Shown one piece after another: positions 46,363-54,273 of a stretch of 64,000 nucleotides of DNA. The position numbers were made by a program, and so were the translations under genes. Origin of the DNA: an uncultured Bacteroidales bacterium (lineage in GTDB: Bacteria > Bacteroidota > Bacteroidia > Bacteroidales > Bacteroidaceae); assembly GCA_902799685.1 (NCBI GenBank), contig CADCBO010000011.1, forward strand, positions 1,524 through 65,523. Direction: 5' to 3'. The notes below the pieces were generated by a model. That model was given only the letters and a program-made list of their open reading frames with translations, made no database searches and was not told where the DNA came from. Numbering within the stretch: position 1 is the first letter of the stretch; the number at the start of each line of letters is the position of its first letter.

Positions 46363-46528
46363 AACGTTTGTGTCTAGAATTTGAATCCGGTGCGAAGATA
46401 AGCAGAAGATTTTACCCGCGAAGGGTAATTTCCCTAAAAGAACAGGGAAAAACCCTATCGTTACATGACAACAACACACGATAAGTTCAAAAGAGGTTTA
46501 TTATCACAGGCCTTAAAGAAAAAATATA

Positions 46529-46536
46529 TAACTTTG
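46529..46536 (+). promoter_or_regulatory. Candidate -7 box TAACTTTG for the seven-gene signalling operon
   Basis: Exact TAnnTTTG 43 nt upstream of the ATG at 46579. I found no other exact match inside the 46.6-54.2 kb run, by eye only. Confidence 0.35.
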
Positions 46537-46578
46537 TATCTTTAAGAAAAAAAATGAAAAAAAGTCAAAACCCTTGAC

Positions 46579-47517
46579 ATGAGAAAGACAATCATAATAA
46601 GTCTGTTCGCCTTGGCATCCCTCCTGGCGCAGGCACAGGAAAAATTCATTTTCACGCCTCAATGGACAGCACAGGCCCAGTTTGCAGGCTATTATGTTGC
46701 CCTTGAAAAAGGGTTTTACAAGGATGCCGGTCTGGATGTGGATATTGTGCATCCTTCCGTTACCCAGACTGCAATAAGCCGCATACGCAACAACGAAAGC
46801 CAGGCTACCACCCTACAGCTTGCACAAGCCATGGAGATAATAGATGACGGCATACCGCTTGTAAACATACTCCAGACATCGATGAACAATGCTATGGTCA
46901 TTGTGTCCCGCACGGGCAAGAACCCGCTCAAACAGATTGGTGAGAAAGTAGGAATCTGGAATGCAGGATTCGGACAGATAGCAATCTGCATGAGTCTTAA
47001 TGATCATCTGGATTACCGGTGGATTCCTTTTGCCAACAGCGTGAATCTTTTCATATCAGGAGCTATCGATGCAACCCTGGCAATGAGTTACAATGAATAC
47101 TACCAGTTATTACAGACAGGCATTGAACTCAGCGACGAGAGTGTCTATAGGTTCCGTAACCATGGTTACAACATTCAGGAGGATGGAGTCTATATGACCA
47201 GGGAATATTACGATGGGCACAAGGAGCAGGCCCGCAAGTTTGCCGATGCCAGCCGAAAAGGATGGGAATGGGCAGTTGAGAACCCTGAAGAGACTCTTGA
47301 GATTGTGATGGAATATGTACAGAAAGAGCATATATCCACAAACAGGGTTCTACAGAAACTTATGCTTGATGAGATCCTTGAACTGCTGGTGGACCGCGAA
47401 TCAAAGCGACGCGAGTACAGTCTTCGTCCCGACATGGTTGAGCAGGCCTCAGTTCTTATGTATGAGAACGGAATGATTGACCGTCAGATAACTTATGATG
47501 AACTTGTTGCCGAATAA
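46579..47517 (+). CDS. Orphan periplasmic substrate-binding protein, NMT1/THI5 (SsuA/TauA-like) type
   Basis: Signal peptide. N-terminal motif QWTAQAQFAGYYVALEKGFYKDAGLDV is typical of NMT1-like binding proteins. No ABC permease or ATPase is adjacent. Confidence 0.7.
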   Translation: MRKTIIISLFALASLLAQAQEKFIFTPQWTAQAQFAGYYVALEKGFYKDAGLDVDIVHPSVTQTAISRIRNNESQATTLQLAQAMEIIDDGIPLVNILQTSMNNAMVIVSRTGKNPLKQIGEKVGIWNAGFGQIAICMSLNDHLDYRWIPFANSVNLFISGAIDATLAMSYNEYYQLLQTGIELSDESVYRFRNHGYNIQEDGVYMTREYYDGHKEQARKFADASRKGWEWAVENPEETLEIVMEYVQKEHISTNRVLQKLMLDEILELLVDRESKRREYSLRPDMVEQASVLMYENGMIDRQITYDELVAE

Positions 47518-49891
47518 AACCTATGATGTCATGAAACAGGAGAAACAAAAATCACTAGCCACAAAGATAAGCCTGTGGATTGTATTGTTTGCAGGTCTTA
47601 TTTTCATTTCAGCCCTTGGTGTATTCTTCAATGAATCACGGTTGGCTGTACAGAAGGAAGCCATTGACCATGCCGATCAGGTCCTGGACAATACCGTCCA
47701 AAGGGTAGACAACATCATGGATGAGGTAAAAGTTGCCACCGACAATACCGACTGGCTGATAACAAGACACTTGAACGGACCTGATTCAATGTTTGTATAT
47801 AGCCGCCGGATACTCCAGAACAACCCTAACCTGAACGGATGTTCAATATCATTCGAGCCACACTACTTTGAGAGTAAAGGAATGTATTTTTCGGCCTATT
47901 CGTTCAATGACAACGGGAACATAATCACGACCCAGGAGGGCAACGACCACTATCAGTATTTTTACATGGACTGGTATCAGATGCCCAAGCTTCTGGACAG
48001 GCCATGTTGGACCGAGCCTTTCATGGATGTCAACCCGGATGACATTACATCGCCCGAGATGATTATTTCATATTGCAAGCCTATCAAGGATGACAACGGT
48101 CAGTTTATCGGCACAATATCAGTTGACCTGTCTCTGTCATGGTTGTCCAACACCATTGAGCAGGTCAAGCCCTATCCCAACTCATACAGTATCATGATTG
48201 GTAAAGGAGGTACATTCTATGTACACCCTGACACCACAAAACTATTCTATCAGACCATCTTTACCCAGACATTGCTTGAACCTGACACAGCCATAACAAG
48301 TCTTGGACACTCCATGCAAGCCGGAGAGGAAGGTGTACGTGAGATTAACGTGCATGGTGTGGATTGCTACGTGTTCTACAAACCTCTCACAGACACCGGT
48401 TGTAGCGTAGGTCTGGTTTGCCCGGTATCGGAAGTGTTCAGTGGTTATTACCGCCTTATCAATACTGTAATAGGAACTTTCATCGTAGGTCTGCTGCTTA
48501 TGCTTATGGTGTTCAGCAGCATCATCTCCAAACAGCTGGAGCCACTTGAGGAACTGGCGTATCAGGCCGAAGAGATTGCATCCGGTCACTTTGACGATGA
48601 ACTGCAGGAATCCGGGCATAACGACGAGATAGGACGCCTGAACAACTCATTCCGCAACATGCAGCAGTCTATCGTTAGGCAGATGGAGGAACTGAAACAG
48701 ACAAACGAGCAGAAAGGACGCATTGAGGGTGAACTCAAGATTGCCAGCGACATACAGATGTCCATGCTGCCTAAGATATTCCCACCTTTCCCGGAGCGTG
48801 ATGACATAGATGTGTTTGGCCAGCTCACACCGGCCAAGGAGGTAGGCGGAGACCTGTTTGACTTCTTTATACGTGACGAAAAACTGTTCTTCTGCATAGG
48901 CGATGTGTCCGGAAAGGGAGTCCCGGCTTCACTTTATATGGTTGTAACCAAAGCCCTGTTCAGAAATATATCGGCCCATGAGTCTTCGCCAGGCAGGATT
49001 ATCACCAGCCTGAACAATGTAATGGCTCAGGACAACGATTCAAACATGTTCGTGACCATGTTTGTGGGTGTACTGGATCTGCCTACAGGCCGTCTGCACT
49101 ACTGCAACGCCGGGCATGACGCACCTCTGCTGATAGGCAACATAGGAGCAGGTTTCCTGCCGGTAGATTCGAACCTGCCGGTTGGAGCCATGCCCGAATG
49201 GGATTTCAAGCAACAGGAGACACTTATAGACCCCGACACAAGCATTCTCCTATACACAGACGGATTGACTGAAGCTGAAAACATAAGCCATGACCAGTTC
49301 GGTATGGATCGCATAACAGACCTTGCTCACCGGCTTCAGAAGGAACGTACATTTATACCTACCGCCATAATCGGAGCCATGACAGAAGCTGTCCATGTCT
49401 TTGTGGGCGAAGCCGACCAGAGCGATGACCTTACGATGCTGGCCATTCAATATACCAAGCACCACCAGGACATAACTTTCCAACGCACACTTACTCTGAT
49501 TAACGACCTTAAGCGTGTACCCAGACTTAACACTTTCATTGATGAGGTTTGCGAAGCTGTAGGCTTTGACATGGCCACTACAATGCAGATAAATCTGGCT
49601 ATTGAGGAGGCTGTGGTAAATGTGATGAACTATGCATATCCGGCCGGAACCAAAGGTGACATAACCATAGAGGCAAAATCCAACGGCACTGAGGTAATGT
49701 TCGTGATAAGTGATACCGGTACGCCGTTTGACCCCACAGCCAAAGCCGAGGTTGACATAACGCTAAGTGCCGAGGACCGTTCCATAGGAGGTCTGGGAAT
49801 ACATCTGATACGTCAGATTATGGACCACATAAACTACGAACGCTCAGACGGACATAATGTTCTTACTCTTACAAAGCAGATCAACAAATGA
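47495..49891 (+). CDS. Sensor protein: TM / Cache-like periplasmic domain / TM / HAMP / PP2C (SpoIIE-RsbU) phosphatase / RsbW-SpoIIAB-type ATPase-kinase domain
   Basis: Two TM segments flank about 290 aa. HAMP is LEELAYQAEEIASGHFDDEL..EIGRLNNSFRNM. PP2C motifs are GDVSGKGVPASLYM, LYTDGLTEA and QSDDLTMLAI. C-terminal N/G boxes are EEAVVNVMNY, DTGTPFDP and GGLGIHLI. An alternative start exists at 47531 (MKQEKQ). Confidence 0.85.
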   Translation: MMNLLPNKTYDVMKQEKQKSLATKISLWIVLFAGLIFISALGVFFNESRLAVQKEAIDHADQVLDNTVQRVDNIMDEVKVATDNTDWLITRHLNGPDSMFVYSRRILQNNPNLNGCSISFEPHYFESKGMYFSAYSFNDNGNIITTQEGNDHYQYFYMDWYQMPKLLDRPCWTEPFMDVNPDDITSPEMIISYCKPIKDDNGQFIGTISVDLSLSWLSNTIEQVKPYPNSYSIMIGKGGTFYVHPDTTKLFYQTIFTQTLLEPDTAITSLGHSMQAGEEGVREINVHGVDCYVFYKPLTDTGCSVGLVCPVSEVFSGYYRLINTVIGTFIVGLLLMLMVFSSIISKQLEPLEELAYQAEEIASGHFDDELQESGHNDEIGRLNNSFRNMQQSIVRQMEELKQTNEQKGRIEGELKIASDIQMSMLPKIFPPFPERDDIDVFGQLTPAKEVGGDLFDFFIRDEKLFFCIGDVSGKGVPASLYMVVTKALFRNISAHESSPGRIITSLNNVMAQDNDSNMFVTMFVGVLDLPTGRLHYCNAGHDAPLLIGNIGAGFLPVDSNLPVGAMPEWDFKQQETLIDPDTSILLYTDGLTEAENISHDQFGMDRITDLAHRLQKERTFIPTAIIGAMTEAVHVFVGEADQSDDLTMLAIQYTKHHQDITFQRTLTLINDLKRVPRLNTFIDEVCEAVGFDMATTMQINLAIEEAVVNVMNYAYPAGTKGDITIEAKSNGTEVMFVISDTGTPFDPTAKAEVDITLSAEDRSIGGLGIHLIRQIMDHINYERSDGHNVLTLTKQINK

Positions 49892-51390
49892 TGATTCCTT
49901 TATCAATATTCAACATAGACCTTTCATCGGGCAACCTGATACTGTTTGTATCAATATTGATGTTCGTGGCCATACTGATGGCCAAGGTGGGAACCAAGTA
50001 CGGAGTTCCGACCATGCTGCTTTTCCTTATAATAGGCATGATTGCGGGCGAGGACGGAATAGGCATAAAGATAGACAATCTGAAAGTAGCCGAGTTCCTG
50101 GGGCACCTGGCCATGACAATAATCCTGCTCTCAGGAGGTTTGGAGACATCACTGGAGGAAACGCGTCCAATAATAAAGAAAGGTATTTCAATGTCAACCT
50201 TGGGCGTATTCATTACCATACTGGTTACAGGCTCATTCATATGGCTTGTTTTCGGCAACAGGATAGGCGGAGGTGGCAGGACGTTGATGGGTTGTTTCCT
50301 GCTGGCCACAGTATTGTCATCAACTGATTCGGCGTCAGTATTCTCAATACTGCGTAGCCGACGCCTTACATTGCGTGAGAACCTGGGCCCGTTGCTGGAG
50401 CTTGAGTCCGGCAGTAACGACCCCATGGCATACGTACTCACCATACTGCTTGTAGAGATAATGGGAACACTGGAGAACGTGACGGGTGCATCCGGCACAT
50501 GGCATGTCATATTTACCGGCGTATGGGTTCTGGTTAAACAAATCATCATTGGTTTCGGCGTTGGTATGGCATTGGGATACGGAGCACGCTGGTTACTTGT
50601 CAGGATTCAGCTGCATACCAGTCCACTTTACGCCATACTTATCCTAAGCATTGCATTGTTTGCCAATGGTGCGGCATCATATCTGGGAGGTAACGGATTG
50701 CTTGCACTCTATGTCTCTGCAATAGTCATAGGCAACACCAAAGACCTGCCCTTCAAGAAGGATGTCCTGCTCTTTTCGGACGGCATAACATGGCTTGCAC
50801 AGCTTATGATGTTCCTGCTTTTGGGACTGCTGGCCAGACCGTCACAGATGGGTGTCATAATATGGCCCGCACTGATTATAGGAGTGTTCATAATGCTTGT
50901 TGCCCGTCCTGCCGGTATTATATTGAGTCTGTTGCCGTTCAAGGGGCTTTCTTTCAGAGCCAAACTGCTTGCATCGTGGGTGGGGTTGAAAGGAGCCGGC
51001 CCTATCCTGTTTGCACTTTACACTGTACTGGAAGGTGTGGATGGCTCTAATGAAATCTTCAACATTGTGTTCACTATAACACTTATTTCATTGCTGGTAC
51101 AGGGTATGACTCTGTCACCTATGTCACATCTGCTCAATATGAGTATTGATGATGATCCCGAAGTAGAGACGTTCGGCATGGAGATTCCCGAAGAGATGGG
51201 AATGCTGCGCGACCACATAGTCAACGATGAGGACCTGACCAATGGTGACACTCTCAGGGACCTACATCTGCCACATGGAATACGCGTGGTTATGGTACGA
51301 CGCGACAACAGGTTTCTGGTGCCTCATGGAAGCATGAAACTTATGGCCGGCGACAGGCTTGTAATACTGATGGGAGATACGGATGACTAA
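49888..51390 (+). CDS. K+/H+ antiporter (CPA1/NhaP2-like) with C-terminal RCK_C (TrkA-C) domain
   Basis: About 12 TM segments with STDSASVFSIL and ESGSNDP motifs. Soluble tail is GDTLRDLHLPHGIRVVMVRRD..GDRLVILM. ATGA overlap with the upstream stop codon. Confidence 0.85.
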   Translation: MMIPLSIFNIDLSSGNLILFVSILMFVAILMAKVGTKYGVPTMLLFLIIGMIAGEDGIGIKIDNLKVAEFLGHLAMTIILLSGGLETSLEETRPIIKKGISMSTLGVFITILVTGSFIWLVFGNRIGGGGRTLMGCFLLATVLSSTDSASVFSILRSRRLTLRENLGPLLELESGSNDPMAYVLTILLVEIMGTLENVTGASGTWHVIFTGVWVLVKQIIIGFGVGMALGYGARWLLVRIQLHTSPLYAILILSIALFANGAASYLGGNGLLALYVSAIVIGNTKDLPFKKDVLLFSDGITWLAQLMMFLLLGLLARPSQMGVIIWPALIIGVFIMLVARPAGIILSLLPFKGLSFRAKLLASWVGLKGAGPILFALYTVLEGVDGSNEIFNIVFTITLISLLVQGMTLSPMSHLLNMSIDDDPEVETFGMEIPEEMGMLRDHIVNDEDLTNGDTLRDLHLPHGIRVVMVRRDNRFLVPHGSMKLMAGDRLVILMGDTDD

Positions 51391-51420
51391 AGATACATAT
51401 AAACTAAAACATAAACGATT

Positions 51421-51726
51421 ATGGAAGTAAAGATCAACACTCAGGATTCAGTGACGACCGCCCAGCTTATAGGCCGTCTGGACACCCCCGCATCACAGGA
51501 GATAAGCGGAGATTTTGACAATCTGATGCAGTATGCAGCCGGTACAGTCATACTTGACTGCACTGAACTTGAATACATCTCCAGTTCCGGACTGCGTCTG
51601 TTCCTATCCTTGCGCAAGGCCGCAGCCTCCAAAGGCGGAAAGGTCATTGTAAAGGCTATCAACAAAGACATACGTTCAGTGTTCATGATGACCGGTTTCC
51701 TGAACCTGTTCGAGATTCAGGACTGA
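51421..51726 (+). CDS. STAS-domain anti-sigma-factor antagonist-like protein (SpoIIAA/RsbV family)
   Basis: 101 aa. Conserved phosphorylatable-serine context LEYISSSGLRLF. Confidence 0.85.
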   Translation: MEVKINTQDSVTTAQLIGRLDTPASQEISGDFDNLMQYAAGTVILDCTELEYISSSGLRLFLSLRKAAASKGGKVIVKAINKDIRSVFMMTGFLNLFEIQD

Positions 51727-51772
51727 CACTCCGGCATTACCAACTGTTACTAACCTATAATCCAAATTCCCA

Positions 51773-52837
51773 ATGTCAGCACAAAGACATCTTGATCCGC
51801 ATTGTGAGGCTATACTTCAGGAATATCAGGACAATCTGCCCCGGTTCAGGGAAGTTGAGCAGGAGGTTAAGGAAAAGCTCAGACAGACATTGGCCGATGC
51901 CGGTCTGCTTGTTGCTGCTATTGAATCACGTGTAAAGGGGTATGATTCGCTTGCCGGTAAGCTGGAGTTGAAAGGTCACAAATACAACAGTCTGGCTGAC
52001 CTGACCGACATTCTGGGACTCAGAGTCATCACTTTCTACATTGACGATGTCGACAAGGTGGCATCGGCCGTTGAGAGACTCTTTGAGATTGACTGGGAGA
52101 ATACCGTCGACAAGCGCAAGATTCACGAGATAGACAGTTTCGGCTATCTGTCACTGCACTACATCTGTTCAGTGCCGGGTTTCCCCTACCGTTTTGAGAT
52201 ACAGATGCGTACCCTGTTGCAGCACGCATGGGCAAACATGGACCATGACACCGGTTACAAATCGGGCGTGGAGATACCCAAACGCTATATGCGCAACATG
52301 AGCCGTCTGGCCGGTATGCTGGAACTGGTGGATGACGAGTTCAGCAAGATACGCATAGAACTGACCGATTACCGTCGCCGTGTTCAGGCACTGGTTCGCT
52401 CTGGCAATCTGGATGAGGTGCCCATTGACGGAGACACTTTCCGCAGTTATCTGGAACTGAATCCGTTCAGCCAACTCAACAAGCGCATAGCCGCCATGAA
52501 CCAGGCCGAGATACAGGAGGTTCCGCTCATGCCCTATCTGGCCGTATTCAAGGGTGTCGGACTCAAGACTTTGGGTGATATATCAAATGTAATCAAGGAG
52601 TACTCGGAGGGAGCTTACCAGATAGCATGCTATCAGATAGGACTGACCGACCTGGATATAATATCATCGTCCATCGGCCCTCAGGATTTGTGCATTGCGT
52701 TCATACTCAAGAACGGAGGCGGCAAAGCCGGTATAAAGTATATGTTTGACCTTCTGAACGGAGAATCAGAGAGTAATGACCTGATTGCCGAGATGCTGCT
52801 TGAGCAGTCCAAGGACCTGCCTTTCATGAACAAATAA
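51773..52837 (+). CDS. RelA/SpoT-homologue synthetase-only protein (small alarmone synthetase-like) with unassigned C-terminal domain
   Basis: Synthetase motifs RVKGYDS, DILGLRVI, GYLSLHY, EIQMRTLLQHAW and HDTGYK are all intact. Residues from about 185 to 354 have no recognisable family. Confidence 0.8.
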   Translation: MSAQRHLDPHCEAILQEYQDNLPRFREVEQEVKEKLRQTLADAGLLVAAIESRVKGYDSLAGKLELKGHKYNSLADLTDILGLRVITFYIDDVDKVASAVERLFEIDWENTVDKRKIHEIDSFGYLSLHYICSVPGFPYRFEIQMRTLLQHAWANMDHDTGYKSGVEIPKRYMRNMSRLAGMLELVDDEFSKIRIELTDYRRRVQALVRSGNLDEVPIDGDTFRSYLELNPFSQLNKRIAAMNQAEIQEVPLMPYLAVFKGVGLKTLGDISNVIKEYSEGAYQIACYQIGLTDLDIISSSIGPQDLCIAFILKNGGGKAGIKYMFDLLNGESESNDLIAEMLLEQSKDLPFMNK

Positions 52838-52847
52838 ACCTTATATA

Positions 52848-53414
52848 ATGGCAAACAAACCGCTGGACACCACCCTGCTTGACCGCGCCATAATGTTTGC
52901 GGTCAAGGCCCACGCAGGCACCGAACGCAGGGGCAAAGGTTTTCCTTATATTGTACACCCCATGGAGGCGGTCGAGATTGTAGCGACCATAACACCTGAC
53001 CAGGAACTACTGGCTGCCGCCGCACTGCATGATACCGTCGAGGATACCGATGTCACTATTGACGATATCCGCCGGGAATTCGGTGACCGCATAGCGTCAC
53101 TAGTGCAGATTGAAAGTGTAAGTGATGATGAGGGCACATGGCATGAACGCAAGAAAAAGGCCATTGACCTGATTGCAAAAGCCCCGCTTGATGCCAAGAT
53201 TGTAGCCTTGGGCGACAAACTGTCCAACATGCGTGCCATTGCGCGTGACTATGCCGTACAAGGCGATGCCCTGTGGAACCTGTTCCACGCCAATGACTCC
53301 AAGGACCACGAATGGCATTACCGCGGATTGGCCGATGCCCTGCGTGACCTTAAGGATACGTTCGCGTTCCAGGAATTTGAGATGCTCATCAATCAGGTTT
53401 TCGGCAAGAAATAA
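52848..53414 (+). CDS. HD-domain (p)ppGpp-hydrolase-like protein (small alarmone hydrolase-like)
   Basis: SpoT/Mesh1-type motifs HAGTERRGKGFPYIVHP, AAALHDTVEDT and GDKLSNMRA. Length is 188 aa. Confidence 0.8.
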   Translation: MANKPLDTTLLDRAIMFAVKAHAGTERRGKGFPYIVHPMEAVEIVATITPDQELLAAAALHDTVEDTDVTIDDIRREFGDRIASLVQIESVSDDEGTWHERKKKAIDLIAKAPLDAKIVALGDKLSNMRAIARDYAVQGDALWNLFHANDSKDHEWHYRGLADALRDLKDTFAFQEFEMLINQVFGKK

Positions 53415-54244
53415 TGGATGCCATAAAGATTTCGCTTGATGACTACATACTGTTTGGCGGCGGTGCCAACGGTGAGAGTTATGACCATAAGACCGATCCC
53501 GACCTTATGCTCAAACTCTACATGCCCGGCAAGATCAGGCAACCTCTTGACGAGATGCTGATGGCCCGAAAAGTCTTTGACATGGGCATCCCCACCCCTG
53601 AGCCGGGTGATTATGTGGTGACCGAAGACGGCCGTTACGGAATCCGTTTCCGCCGCATCAAAGGAAAGAAATCATATTCACGTGCCACAGGCGATAATCC
53701 GGAACTCGTAGGCCAATACGCCGAGGAGTTTGCCCAAATGTGTCTCAAGCTCCACTCAGTCCATGTAGATACCACCCAGTTTGAGAGCGTAAAAGAACGT
53801 TATTACCGCCTGCTCACGGAGAACCCGTTCTTTACCACAGCCCAGAAAGACCGCATAGGCAAATTCATTGCCGATGCACCCGACACCGATACCGCCATTC
53901 ATGGTGACCTTCAGTACAGCAATGCCATCTTTGTGGGATCGGAACGTTATTTCATAGACCTGGGAGATTTCTGCTACGGATATAACCTTTTTGACATTGG
54001 AATGGTCTATCTGTGCTGTTGTCTCAGCCTGGAGAGTTTCATTCAGGAGACATTCCACATGCCCAAGTCACTTGCCATAAGGTTCTGGCAGGAGTTTGCA
54101 CCGGCATATTATGGTGCAGACCGCCCGCTGAAAGACATTGAAGAAGAGATTCGTCCATATGCCGGGCTCAAGACACTTATAGTGGAACGCGACACAAAAC
54201 GCCCTATGCCGGAACTGCGCGAAGCACTTTCATCATTGTTGTAA
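53414..54244 (+). CDS. Aminoglycoside/choline-kinase-fold phosphotransferase-family protein
   Basis: Catalytic-loop HGDLQYSNAIF and metal-binding IDLGDF. 276 aa. TAATG overlap with the HD gene. Confidence 0.65.
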   Translation: MDAIKISLDDYILFGGGANGESYDHKTDPDLMLKLYMPGKIRQPLDEMLMARKVFDMGIPTPEPGDYVVTEDGRYGIRFRRIKGKKSYSRATGDNPELVGQYAEEFAQMCLKLHSVHVDTTQFESVKERYYRLLTENPFFTTAQKDRIGKFIADAPDTDTAIHGDLQYSNAIFVGSERYFIDLGDFCYGYNLFDIGMVYLCCCLSLESFIQETFHMPKSLAIRFWQEFAPAYYGADRPLKDIEEEIRPYAGLKTLIVERDTKRPMPELREALSSLL

Positions 54245-54273
54245 TCCATATCTCCGGACAGCGAATGGTGGCT

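Noticed and set aside
51773-52837. Calling the synthetase a CapRel-type fused toxin-antitoxin defence protein
   Set aside because: It is suggested only by length and by the unassigned C-terminal domain. I cannot verify subfamily-specific residues without an alignment, and the operon context points to signalling rather than a defence island. It is kept as a hypothesis within the finding, not as a call.
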